64,000 nucleotides of DNA from Cyanidioschyzon merolae (taxonomy: Eukaryota), in assembly GCA_000091205.1 (NCBI GenBank), contig AP006499.2; one strand, given 5' to 3'. A program made the position numbers and the translations under genes. Positions 49,271 to 60,258 of this stretch are shown one piece after another. Below the pieces are notes generated by a model. It did not search any database and was not told the DNA's origin. It saw only the letters and a program-made list of their open reading frames with translations. How positions within the stretch are numbered: position 1 is the stretch's first letter; the number at the start of each line of letters is the position of its first letter.

Positions 49271-50658
49271 CCCCTATTAGATTATAAAGTGGAACACTGA
49301 ATTGTTTGCTCTGTTCCTGCCTCGTGATTTTCACCGAGTTTTTTATTCAGAAGCATAGCATCGACATTCCACGTGCAGCGATTGGGGCTCAGGGATTTGC
49401 ATGCACTTTTAGGATTTTCGGTGATAACCCTCGGAGTAGTTCCTACCGCTTTCATAGCAGGAATTCGTTACGTGACTAGAAGCAAGACCATTCGCGACGC
49501 AATCCAGAATGGTTTGTCCAGTATCCGCTTTCGTTACCCGCTGTACGCGTGCGAGCCTCTGCTCTTCTGCTTCCCTTACGAACAGCATCCTGCAATCGCG
49601 CGTTCTCCAAGCTCCCGATCCGTCCGTTGCGAGGCGACTCGCGGGCGGGGCGATTCGGGCCGCCGCCTCCGCGAGTGAAGGAGAAGTCGACGGCGAGCCT
49701 GTGAGGCTTCGTCTCAAGCGCATACCGAACCCTCTCTGAACGCGTTACGTCAAATCATCGATTTCACTCCAGAGACAAATCCTGCCCTCTCCCTCTGTGG
49801 GCATCGACAACACACCATGCAACATCGTCAGCAACATACCTCTCATGCGAAAATACGCCCACAAGTGCTCGTCTCCCTTGTTTGCATTACAAAGGGCCCT
49901 GGAGTCGGACGTCAGGCATCGTAGCGATCGCTTCCAGCAGAGCGCGTGTCACCGCTGTGCACGAAGAAGGGAGCGCAGACCGATCGACATTGCTGGGCGT
50001 GCGCTCCAGTCTGGATTCCGCCCCCGGTACATACCTGATCCCGAACGACGTCGCTTACCGCAAATCCTCTGTCGAACGGGGCAGCGGTCGCTTGCATTCG
50101 CAGTCGATAGCGTGCTCGCCAAGGCGATCGCCCAGAACAAGTCCGTGCTCTTTGGGTACGGCATCCAAGGCAGCCTTTTGCAGCGGTCAGTGGCATGCAA
50201 GGAGCGATGACGCGCGCGTTCACGTGCCACGAGGCGGTGCTCGAAGGAGCACGTGTGTGGCGTCAGACCCATGGAAGCACCTGAACGCAGTCAGGCGTCA
50301 TCGCTGCGGCAGCCGCACCGAAGCTCCAGAGACGTGGGCTCCAAATGGCCAGCAACGCACGGATCGTAACGACCGCTTGTGGATGCAGTGCTTGCGGATG
50401 AACCAGAAACAGCGAACGCCGGACTCGAACGCTGGCATCACCGTATCTCGACTGCTGCAGCGCGGCTGACGCGAATGCAGACATCGGCATTTGTAAGCCC
50501 AGTGATCAGCGAGAGGGACAGGAATCAGTCGCACTCAAAGCCCGCACAGGCTGATGTTGATGAAAATAGATAGAAGGAGAGCGGAATGCTAGCGTTTTTG
50601 CGACCGAGTTAGCTAACTGGACCCATTCCATTCTATTCTGGAATGAATATAAGACGCG
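49271..50658 (-). repeat. 1.3-kb dispersed repeat family R, copy C (inverted relative to A and B)
   Basis: The ORF-track peptides are the same as in A and B but on opposite strands (e.g. 49882..50469 + matches 41004..41591 -; 50379..50573 + matches 40900..41094 -). Confidence 0.85.
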
Positions 50659-51100
50659 CAACGCATTCGCAGAAGACGTACTGCGATGTCTAGCGCCGAA
50701 AATTGTCCAGAGTTCTAGGTGCTTCGCCAAATGCTCCTACAATGCATATCGAAGACTGCCGATTTGTGAGCATTAGGCCTCCTGTGCCATAGAGTGCGCC
50801 TCTCTTCCTCAAAGCAGGTACAGGTATCTCTTCCTCAAGAAATTCCGATCAGAATCACTTAAGAAGAATGCTATCCACATTGCGGCTCACCTGACCTTTT
50901 AAAAACTTCACACAAGAGTGCGCGTCGGTGACCCACATCAGACGCGTACCGATAACTGCAGCCGCTCCTCATGGACCTTGTCCAGGAACGCGTCTCTGCA
51001 GTAAATCAATCGCCTCTGCCGCGTAGCCACGCAGGATCGTTTATCGCGAATTTTTGCTCCTAGGCAGCACTACTCACTCTGTCCAGCAATCACGCGAGTG

Positions 51101-52084
51101 CTACAGACTCTTCCTATCGACGGAGTCCGCTGGAGCGCTGCGCCAAACGTAGAGAATTCTCTCATAAAAGGAAGCGGTGACACATTTCAGATTGTGCCCC
51201 AACCCCGGAAGCCAGCTTGCGGCATAGACGAGCGAATGATCCATATGCTGCCCGAGATGGACTTGAAGTCGCGGTAGCGGCCCCAGGAGATCGACGATCG
51301 CGGCGTGTCCTTGCATGCAGGCCACCAGCAGCGAGGTGCCGCGCACCTCAATACGCCATGGCCCGCCAGGCATCTGCAGCGTTTGCCACGAGCGCCCGAG
51401 CATACGCGTGTCCCAAAAACGCAGCTTTTCATCGAATCCACCGGAAACAAAAACGTGCTCATCCAAGAAGCACGCTCTGGTCACGCCCAGTGCTTCATGT
51501 GCTTGGTAGCTTGATACGCAAGGGTCCTCCTGCGGTCGCAAACGCGAATCCCAAAGGCGTAGGTACCCGTCATCGCCACCGCTCATGATCAGATACTCCT
51601 GCGCTCCGAAGCACGCGAACCAAGCCTCGTGGGCGTGCGCTTGCGTTCGTTCCCAGAGCCAGCTGGGAGAATCCAACGTCGCCAGCGCGATCGCTCCGTC
51701 AGCAAAACTGGTGACGATCTTGCCCTCGCTTGCTCCCGCCCCAAGACAAACCGATAGAGCGATAGCTGGACCGTCTAGATGTTGCTGTACTGTCCAGCCT
51801 GAGGCTCCATCTTGCACTTGCAACGCACGGATCCCGCCGTCAGCTGAGGCTACCACCAGGCTGTTTTCGTTGAACCAGTGCAAGTCGAGGACGCCGAAAT
51901 CCAGCGCTTTCCAGGCTAGTAGCGGCTTGTCTTCGGGAGAAAACTTGATGAGGCCAACACCGCCGATCCGCCTGTTTTCGTGGAGCTCGTACGCCCCGAA
52001 AGCCAGACAGGCGCCCCGCTCTAGGCACCTGGTAGCGACCGCGTCTGGGCAAGATGGCACGGTAATCTTACACCATTCCTCCAT
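51101..52084 (-). CDS. DPH7: Diphthine methylesterase DPH7/WDR85-like WD40-repeat protein
   Basis: QAHAHEAWFACFGAQEYLIMSGGDDGYLRLWDSR, VSGGFDEKLRFWDTRML, GGPWRIEV, LLVACMQGHAAIV and HSLVYAASW follow the order and wording of DPH7 blocks (QAHEFEAWIAAF..LYSGGDDGLLRGWDTR; SYDEHILLWDTRNM; GGVWRIKWHP; DSLVYGADW). The ORF track start is GTG; the first ATG is at 52084 (MEEWCKITVPSCPDAV...). Confidence 0.7.
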   Translation of the reverse strand: MEEWCKITVPSCPDAVATRCLERGACLAFGAYELHENRRIGGVGLIKFSPEDKPLLAWKALDFGVLDLHWFNENSLVVASADGGIRALQVQDGASGWTVQQHLDGPAIALSVCLGAGASEGKIVTSFADGAIALATLDSPSWLWERTQAHAHEAWFACFGAQEYLIMSGGDDGYLRLWDSRLRPQEDPCVSSYQAHEALGVTRACFLDEHVFVSGGFDEKLRFWDTRMLGRSWQTLQMPGGPWRIEVRGTSLLVACMQGHAAIVDLLGPLPRLQVHLGQHMDHSLVYAASWLPGLGHNLKCVTASFYERILYVWRSAPADSVDRKSL

Positions 52085-52529
52085 GAGGGCCCCGATTTGC
52101 TCTAGCCCCTGTCCCGTAGGACTCAAAACCGGAATTGGATCGACTCCCTCCCCATGCTGAGGCCGGTCACCGAGCAAACCACAAGCACTACAAAAGCGCC
52201 ACCGGGCTGGACGCACTGGCACGAGAACGGACTCTGGTCCATCCGAGTGCTGTGGCTGGCACGAGTTACCTGAGGAGGACGCGCACGGTCGGTGGTTCCA
52301 ACGATACTCGCGACCTGGTTAGGAAGCGTCCTAGCAACAGTTAGTTGATTCTCGATACTTGGGTAGCGAGCGCAGCGTCTGCAGTTAGAGTCGCACCGAT
52401 AGGCGAGTTTGTAAGCACCGCGCCTCCAGGGACAGGTGCAAGCACGAACTTGGAGAACCTCTGCAACAGGCGGCGTGTCTGGAACATTTCCTGTTTCTCT
52501 GATAGAAGATTGTTGAGAACTTGTACACT

Positions 52530-53228
52530 ATGAAGAAGCAACTCCGCGTTTTAGATCTGAAACAGCGACGAGCGCGTCTGGCCGAACTAGAGGCTACACT
52601 GCTTGCTCAGAGTGCTACTGAGCAGGAGCACGTCGAATCCCTGTCAGAAGAGCAGGCGGCTGCCGACTTCATCGAGCACTTGGTATGCCTCCGTACACCT
52701 CAGCCCATCATCCTGGAGTCTATTTTGAGCTGCGCGCTGCGCAAGCTGCGAGAACTTGTGATATATGCTTCAGAAACAAACCTTTCCGCCTCGGACCCGG
52801 ATGTGAAGGAGGCCTTGCAAGCTTTCCGGAGGGTCATTGTACTCTGTTTTAGGAGCTCCACCATACACAACTTTCTCACCCGCTCGAACATGGCATGCAT
52901 CGATGAACTTGCGCGGCTTACTGTCTACCGCCTTCGGCAGGAGCTGGCTACACATCAGTCGTTACACATCGCTGCGCTGCAGTGTGCGCAGGAAGTGTTT
53001 TCGTCCTGCAACCCAACCATCGATGCTTTTTCAGCGCCACAGGAAGATGAAAAGCTTGCTCATCTTCGAGCCATCCTTCAGGTCTGGGATTCTCCCGAAC
53101 TCGAGACAGACGCAGCCCGCATCGCTGCCTGGATGAACCTGGGCGGGCCGGTCGCACACGCGCTCGCCTCCGCGTGGGCGCGTAGCGCGCCAGCACCAGC
53201 GGCAACTGCGAAACGCTGTTCCTCCTAA
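52530..53228 (+). CDS. Hypothetical protein, divergently paired with DPH7
   Basis: ORF only, helical/acidic, with no recognisable motif. The ORF track start is TTG; the first ATG is at 52530. Confidence 0.35.
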   Translation: MKKQLRVLDLKQRRARLAELEATLLAQSATEQEHVESLSEEQAAADFIEHLVCLRTPQPIILESILSCALRKLRELVIYASETNLSASDPDVKEALQAFRRVIVLCFRSSTIHNFLTRSNMACIDELARLTVYRLRQELATHQSLHIAALQCAQEVFSSCNPTIDAFSAPQEDEKLAHLRAILQVWDSPELETDAARIAAWMNLGGPVAHALASAWARSAPAPAATAKRCSS

Positions 53229-53264
53229 CCGTAAAACTTTGCGACGGTTTGCCATGTACTGTCC

Positions 53265-54893
53265 ATGAGGGTTCGTAGAGAGACGCGCGGAAAAGCTGAA
53301 GGTGACCCCGACGATGCGTTAGACGGTTTTGTGCCGCCTTCGCTGGTGTGCAAGGGCACTGCGTTGGCTGTACTGAAGCGTGTCAACGTGCTAGCAGAGT
53401 CGAACGCTCTGGCGTTGGACATAGGCGGCTCGCTCGCGAAAATACTGTACTTCCAGCCCAATACGCGAGGAACTGCAGAGAGACAGCTATGTATCGACTT
53501 TCTGGAGCCGGTAGCGGCGGCACACCGCTCAGCGCTGTCAGTAGCCGTGCAGGAGCTCGGGGGTACGTTCCACTTTTTTGCTTTCGAAACGAGAAACATT
53601 GAGGAGTGCGTGCAGTTTATTAAAGAGCACTGGATGCCAACGAATACGGAGAAACCTTATGTGATTCGCTCAACCGGTGGCGGTGCGTACAAATATCGAG
53701 AGCTCTTTCGCGCGATCGGTGTAGAGCTTAGCACCCAAGATGAGATGGCTTGCACGGTGGCTGGGTTGAACTTCCTTCTGACTCATTTCGAGCATGAGGT
53801 GTACTCTGTGACTGTTGCCCCAGATACGCAAATAGGCTCTCCGAATCCCATCATTCAGCGGAACTACTTGGACGCTCGACCGGATCCGTATCCTTATCTG
53901 TTGTGTCATATTGGCTCGGGAGTGAGCTTTATTAAAGTACAGGGGCCGCGCAGCTTTCGTCGCGTCAGCGGCACCTCGCTGGGCGGGGGAACCTTCTGGG
54001 GCCTCTGCCGAATTCTCACTAACTGCAAGACATTTGACGAGGTGATCGAGCTCACGAAGAAAGGAGATAACTCGCGCGTCGACATGCTTGTCGGGGACAT
54101 CTACGGGGGCGCCTACGAGAAACTGGGCCTCGATGCAAATCTAATCGCAGCCTCATTTGGAAAGGTTACCATGAGGAAGGAGCCATCGCCGACTTTTGAA
54201 AACTTCCGACGCGAGCTGCGCCGCTTCATCGTCGGAACAATGTCGCTTTTCGTGCAGCTCCTCATTGCGCTTCCGTTCCTCGGCCAAATCTTCCGGTGGC
54301 TCGGTCTGGAGCGAAGGGCACACGCCACCCTGAGCAATGTCTATTTCAGTCGCCATTTCCATGCCGAGGATGTTGCCTTGAGTGCATTGCGCATGGTGAG
54401 TTACAACGTCGCCCAACTGGCCTACCTGAACGCTGTCATTGAGAACGTTCCACGAATCTATTTCGGGGGCAGCTTTGTCCGTGAGCATCCTTTCACGGTA
54501 TCTGCAATATCCTATGCGGTAGAATTCTGGAGTAAGAAAAATATGCAGGCGCTCTTCCTAGTGCATGACGGGTATCTCGGTGCCCTAGGAAGCTACCTGG
54601 GCGTCGACTGGACCGAATCTGAACAATTTGCGGATGAACAGATCCCTACAAACGCGATTTCACAGATGCATTCGCATGTGGCGATGAACCGCGTCATCTT
54701 TAACCCGGCGGCGAACGGCTCAAGTCGGAAGAACAAAAGGCAAAGGCGCAAGCAAAGCCTCGCTTCAGCGCCGTCATCTGCGGCTGCACCGATGCACTTC
54801 AGCAAAGCACGATCCCAACAGCGTAGCGCCCTCGGCGACGAACATGGACCCGAATTCGAAGGCACCGGAACCGAAACAAGTCGTCTGGACTGA
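53265..54893 (+). CDS. PANK: Pantothenate kinase, eukaryotic type II (fumble family)
   Basis: LALDIGGSLAKILYF (actin-fold phosphate-1), STGGGAYKYRELF, LLCHIGSGVSFIKV, VSGTSLGGGTFWGLCRILT and FGGSFVREHP are the conserved PanK-II blocks. The ATG was verified. Confidence 0.85.
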   Translation: MRVRRETRGKAEGDPDDALDGFVPPSLVCKGTALAVLKRVNVLAESNALALDIGGSLAKILYFQPNTRGTAERQLCIDFLEPVAAAHRSALSVAVQELGGTFHFFAFETRNIEECVQFIKEHWMPTNTEKPYVIRSTGGGAYKYRELFRAIGVELSTQDEMACTVAGLNFLLTHFEHEVYSVTVAPDTQIGSPNPIIQRNYLDARPDPYPYLLCHIGSGVSFIKVQGPRSFRRVSGTSLGGGTFWGLCRILTNCKTFDEVIELTKKGDNSRVDMLVGDIYGGAYEKLGLDANLIAASFGKVTMRKEPSPTFENFRRELRRFIVGTMSLFVQLLIALPFLGQIFRWLGLERRAHATLSNVYFSRHFHAEDVALSALRMVSYNVAQLAYLNAVIENVPRIYFGGSFVREHPFTVSAISYAVEFWSKKNMQALFLVHDGYLGALGSYLGVDWTESEQFADEQIPTNAISQMHSHVAMNRVIFNPAANGSSRKNKRQRRKQSLASAPSSAAAPMHFSKARSQQRSALGDEHGPEFEGTGTETSRLD

Positions 54894-56269
54894 GGCTTTA
54901 CGGAAAACTTGTTCCGCGAGATAGTATCGAATCTCCGCGAAATATTCGTAAGCATCACGATGAGGACAAGCGTTTCGCGCAGCGAATGGATAGCATCACC
55001 GTTTCCCTGATGTCTCGCGAGTTGGTTTCGACTTGTGGACGATGCCCGGCGAGCATGTCGTACACGAGGATTCCCCAAGTCTCGAGAGGACTCACGCGAG
55101 CTCGGCAGGAAAGCTTGCGCTCCGTCAAAATCCCTTCATCGTCCGCAGGCACTTCAGTACCATGTGAGCATGCCCCGGTTGATTACCGTCCATGCAGCCG
55201 CGCATCAAGCGTCTGATCGGGCGACCCTCGTGATCTGGCAACGTGCAAGACGCTTCCCATAAAGTGCCCTCGTCTCTGATATTTCGTGCTTGTTTCGCAT
55301 CGAGTCGATATAAAACGAACAATGCCAGCGAAGCGATATACGCGCCACAGAGTCCGGGGACGGTTCGCGTACTCGTTGAGCGGTCGCTCCAGGAACGCGC
55401 GCTTCGACTTGAAGGCATGCCCCAACTGATTGGCACCATTAGTTTCCAGGGTATGTGGAACAAAATTCATCACGAGATTGTCGGTAAACTCCCAAAAGGG
55501 TTCAATCAACGTAGGCAGTGCACCCCGAAATACTTGATCGTGAATGTAGAGCTCGGTCAAACTTTGCTCTCTGCACTAGGACGAGTCCGACTGCAATCAC
55601 CATCATGTCCTACCACATTGAGAATGTCCAGAGACCGCATGACGCAGCGGTGACGGTCTTCGCTGTGGCATGTTTGCGCAAAAGCAGCATCCATACCGAT
55701 GCATCCGCACAAAGCGGGAACTCGTTGCCAAACACTCACCGTTCCGGCGGGTATAAGTGCCGTGAATGGTACCAGGCCCGAGGCTTCCCCGACTCCAGCG
55801 CTGTGCAATGACCTTCAAACAAAAACGCTCAAGCCGACTCCTGAGGCAAATTGCCACCCCGAACGAAATGCAGGGAACTCGCGTCCACGCAAAGGATCGC
55901 GTCCTATTTCACAGGATACTTGCAAGCGACACGCGTGTCTCTTAAACATAATGAAAACATCCACAGAGACCAACGATCGGGTTGCCTGGCTGGGGAGCAC
56001 GCACCTTACCATGCACACCCGCGCGAATGCATATTTTATTCCTCATCGACAATGAAACGTGCAGAGGTGCCGTGCTCGGTGCTTGAGTGAAATCAAATAG
56101 CAGAACTGCCCGGCACTTGCCATGCCGCGATCTCACAGGCACTGAACAGACGCCGGGTAAAGCGGCTCCCTTGGGTCGAGGCGTCAATTGTCCGTATCCG
56201 TCGAAAATGGAAGGCTGACATGTTCGCTGGGCTCCCGGCTATCGATGTTTTCCGACATTGTTTCCATGT

Positions 56270-56740
56270 ACAGCATCGAGTATCGAACTGCAGCAATATG
56301 GGCGTACGAATTCATACGTGGTTTAAGATTCGTGGTTGTCTTTATCGGAATGGCTTTTACGAATCTATGCTGCGGAAATTTGTTTTGTTTATTTGTTTCA
56401 TTGACAAAACGTTTACATGGGCCAGCGTTCTCCAATTGTGCGCTCTTTCTGCTCCCACATTTTTTTGTGTTTTTTCCAGTACACGGTGAAGTATCCATCA
56501 AACGCCCTACCTCCAAGTTACATGTCCCATACTTCTTCTCGGATATTCAGGTCGTTTCATACGTCCTATCGTGTGTGCCTGGTGCCTGCCGAAAGCGACC
56601 GCAATGGAGTCTTTAGCGCCGATGCGTTCGCTGCACGGAGACAGAATGGCGTTGCCGTACCACACAGAGGGCATCGGCTCGAGATTCGTTCTGGTAAGGG
56701 AATCGGGAAGATTCGCGACGCACTCGAAAAAGCGTTTGAA
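56270..56740 (+). repeat. Dispersed repeat family X, copy 2
   Basis: See the feature at 1290..1740. Confidence 0.6.
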
Positions 56741-57799
56741 AAAATAGATACCATCATCCAATTGAGTTTTGCATGCCCCCACTCTTCTCCTTTCGTTAAG
56801 CGTGGCGTGCTCAAATTATGCCTTCTAAATGTTTTCCATCCTTCTGTTTCACCACAACTCGTAAGAGCAGGAATTCGCACCGCTATATAGAAAAGGAAAA
56901 GAACTCGACAGTTTCAGTTGATGAGCGTTTTGTGGAAGCACCTGCCGAAAGCTATTTTGACTTTCCTTTATCAAATAATCGAGACAATTCGAATAACGAA
57001 TCCTCCTACTTTGCGGCCAGCGACTAGACGGTGTTCGACAAGATCACGCTACCTCTCACAGGGTTTGCGCGCAGAGGCACCAGTCTCGTCTGTTTAGATG
57101 TAACAGGGTCGTAGACTGCGGCTCGAGACATCGCAGCAGTTGCCCCATTGGGGAGCGCGTCACCGCTTCACACGACGAGAGCGTAGACCAATCGAATCAT
57201 TTCGATGTGCTATGCAGTCAAGGTTCCCCTTCCTGCACTGGTTTCATCAGGAGCAACATCGCGCTCCACAAAAAGCCTCTTTTATTCGCAAAATAGCAGA
57301 GGGCAGAATATAGGTCATCTTGCCTACTTTAACTTTTTCTCCGTTGTTCGACGCTATTCAGAGCTTGTTCCGGACCATGGCAAACATATTCATGGATTTG
57401 AATTACTTTTTCGGCAACCCGGATCGCCCTCGACACGACCAATACTCAGTGCTTTTGGCGCCGAAACTGCTGCCACTGGGCTCCTCCGCACCTGTTTGGC
57501 GCAATTTGTTCCCGTTCACGGATCGGGGACTTCCAAATAACCATGAACGATAGCGATGAACAAGATGTACAGAATGAATATGTAATGCATTCTTATCAGT
57601 AGAGGCACATGGCCGATGCGCACCTGGTACACCGAGGTAAGAACTTTCTCAGAGCAACAATGAAATCCCGGAGTATTTCGCTTAGAGGCGCATACCATCC
57701 ATACAGAACGTCGCCCATGTCGGACGCAACGCCTTCCTCCACGAAGCGCGTCGCATGGGCATCTTCTCGAACGAGGAGCTGTCTTCATCGCTACTCTAC

Positions 57800-58570
57800 G
57801 GCACTGCGGTCGTGACGGCATATCTCGGACCACACTAGCTTATGCCGTGACATCGAGCCCGAAGAGAAGAGCGGGAACTCCATCGCCGCATTCTGAAGCA
57901 ACGCGATTGCCTCAAGCTCAAGCGCATGCACAGCTTGTGCGGCGTAGACCTTGGAGTCCTTCACCGCAATTGTGTTCCACCTCCGGGTACGTGTCATCAA
58001 GCGCTCTTTAGCGGTCTATATCAGACTTGCTCAGAGTGCGTTCATTTGAAGAAATAAAAAATCTAGGGGACAGGTATCGACATGAAAGTTGGAGATATTG
58101 CAGGGGATGTCGTCGCCGGCTGCCTGTAGAAAACGAAAAAAAAAATCCGCTTCTCGTCAGCTATCTAGCGAAGAAGGGCATATGCTGAAAAAGAAGAAAA
58201 AGAAACAAAGAGAACGACGAGTCAAGGGGCTTGCCCAACCGAACGACAACGAGACTGTGGTGGCATAGAGGGCACGAGTTCGGGGACTCCTTCCAATAGT
58301 GAGTTCACCCGGAGGCCCTGCACGCAGGGAGTTCGCGAAACGAGACTTCAACGCCATCATCAATGTCAAGAGATATGCGGCGCTGAGGACGACACCCGCA
58401 TAGCTGACGCGATCTGTCGTCGTGGGGCAGCTCCTCAGGCTCAAGATCTACAGGGAGATGCTGAAATCGATAGCATACGGCCGGTCGGAAAAAACTGGGA
58501 GGCGCCTGTGACTGGGTGTAAACATATACAATCTACGGTAGAAAAAGGTTTTTTCGCTCCATGGACTGTA
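57800..58570 (+). mobile_element. Internally deleted Fanzor-family derivative, copy 2
   Basis: The plus strand reads *RARVRGLLPIVSSPGGPARREFAKRDFNAIINVKRYAALRTTPA* (58260..58402). The 3' motif acgGCCGGTCGGAAAAAACTGGGAGGCGCCTGTGACTGGG is at 58478..58516. The 5'-end homology (57900..58075, ..caagcgctctttagcggtctatatcagacttgctcagagtgcgttcatttgaagaaataaaaaatctagg) aligns with the reverse complement of 20225..20340. Confidence 0.55.
58478..58516 (+). other. Conserved 3'-terminal non-coding motif, Fanzor family copy 2
   Basis: See the alignment in the findings. Confidence 0.4.
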
Positions 58571-60258
58571 ACACGGACAAGTGATTCTAGATTGCGTGGT
58601 TGTTATCGGGGCCTGAGAAAACGTCCACCATTACGCAACATCCTTCAAGTTGCTCCAGACATCATCTATGCTTTCCTTCGGAGATGCTGGATCGTTCTGG
58701 CGATCCTCTGGAAACCGAGTCCACTGTGAGTGCCAACAATGGCATCTTATGCACCAGTACAGACGCCAAACGGAGACAGAGCGGCTTTAATGTGCTTTTG
58801 TGAGCGTCGGTTCGAGGGCTGCTCGCGCGAGAGGTCCCCGTCACAAGCAAGCGCAAACGCACGTCACCGTGGATATAGTGCAACCGGGGAATCTGGTTCA
58901 CATTATCGACGTTTCACACCATGGGGAACCAGGGTTTCATCTCGCGTAGATGCCCTTCCAGGTGCCGTTGAGCCACGCCGTCGCCTCGTGCGGCGAATGC
59001 GTCGTCACTGTACGGATCCAATCCCCAGCGCTGATGGGAGGTGCTGTTTACGGTTCTTCGAATGTGCTTATATTCGGACAGAAGCAGTGATCCCTCGACT
59101 GATCTCCACTGGCAATAGCGAATGCTGGGAATTCATGTCCAATGTTTCAAGCGTATACCATAAAACATTTTATCCGGCATATGATGCCGTTCTAGCAGCA
59201 GTGAGAAAGCCGCTCTATGTTTCTCGAATTACTGCTCATCAAACGCGTAACGCGGCCGGCAACTCCCGTGTTCCATCGCACGAACTGATGCACCATGACG
59301 GTCTCGTGCAGCGTCCTCGCTCGTGACTGTGTCGCCTTTCATGTCCGACGACTTCTGCGCCAGGTACTCAAGTTCGCAGCAATGTGGACGATAGATGCAG
59401 AGGGCCGAATTCGCAAATCCAATCGACTTCGAGCGAGCAGATGCCGCGCATCCTGAATACCCCTGTTGTTCCGTTCTACTATCGCGCACAGATAATAACC
59501 GCCGACGATGAGCTGGTTTCCGATGAACGAAGCTTGGCGAATGCAGGCTCGGGCGGTGTCTTCTTCAGATACGCAACCCATATCCGAACGCTAGCTGTGC
59601 CGATCCCCGCGCAGAGTGCGTCTCTGTGCCCGTGAGCCTCTGTGAGGGCAAAAGTTTACGCGCTAGCGCTCGGAAGCTAACGCTCAGCCTTGCTTCTTCG
59701 TGTCTCCGAGCTCGATCTCGCCTCAATACATAGCATGCAGCGCTATAACTCTGTGGGCTTCTTCGCTTCGCCTGGAACGTCCTCGGCGTCTGCGAGGCCA
59801 CTGTTGAGGAACGCGGTCCAGAAAGCCTCTGCTGTCCCTGGTGCGGCGTCATCCGACGTTCGTTCAGCGAGTTCCATGATGCCGTCGGGATTCACATAGT
59901 CCTCGCCACTGAGCCACCAGAGGTTCGCGTGTTCGTCGGCCCCGCTCTGCGCACGACCAAACAGCGTTCGAGCGCTCTGTTTGTGTTTCGTTAGAAGGCG
60001 TCGTATGGCGGGCGGAGCGCTCGCAAAGTCTTCATCATCTGACGACAACTCTGCGCGCAAAAGCACCCTTGACTGTGAGCACGTTGACACTAGTACTGGA
60101 CGAGACCTTTGGCAACCCAGCGGTACGGACTGTGGCACGAACATGTTATCGATGCAGTACGTCCCAACAAAGAACAGTGTCATCGCCAGCTCTCGCGCGC
60201 CGTTCGAGCACGCGTGTTTACAGTTCTCGAACGTGCTTCGAGGACGGTTTTGGAAGAA

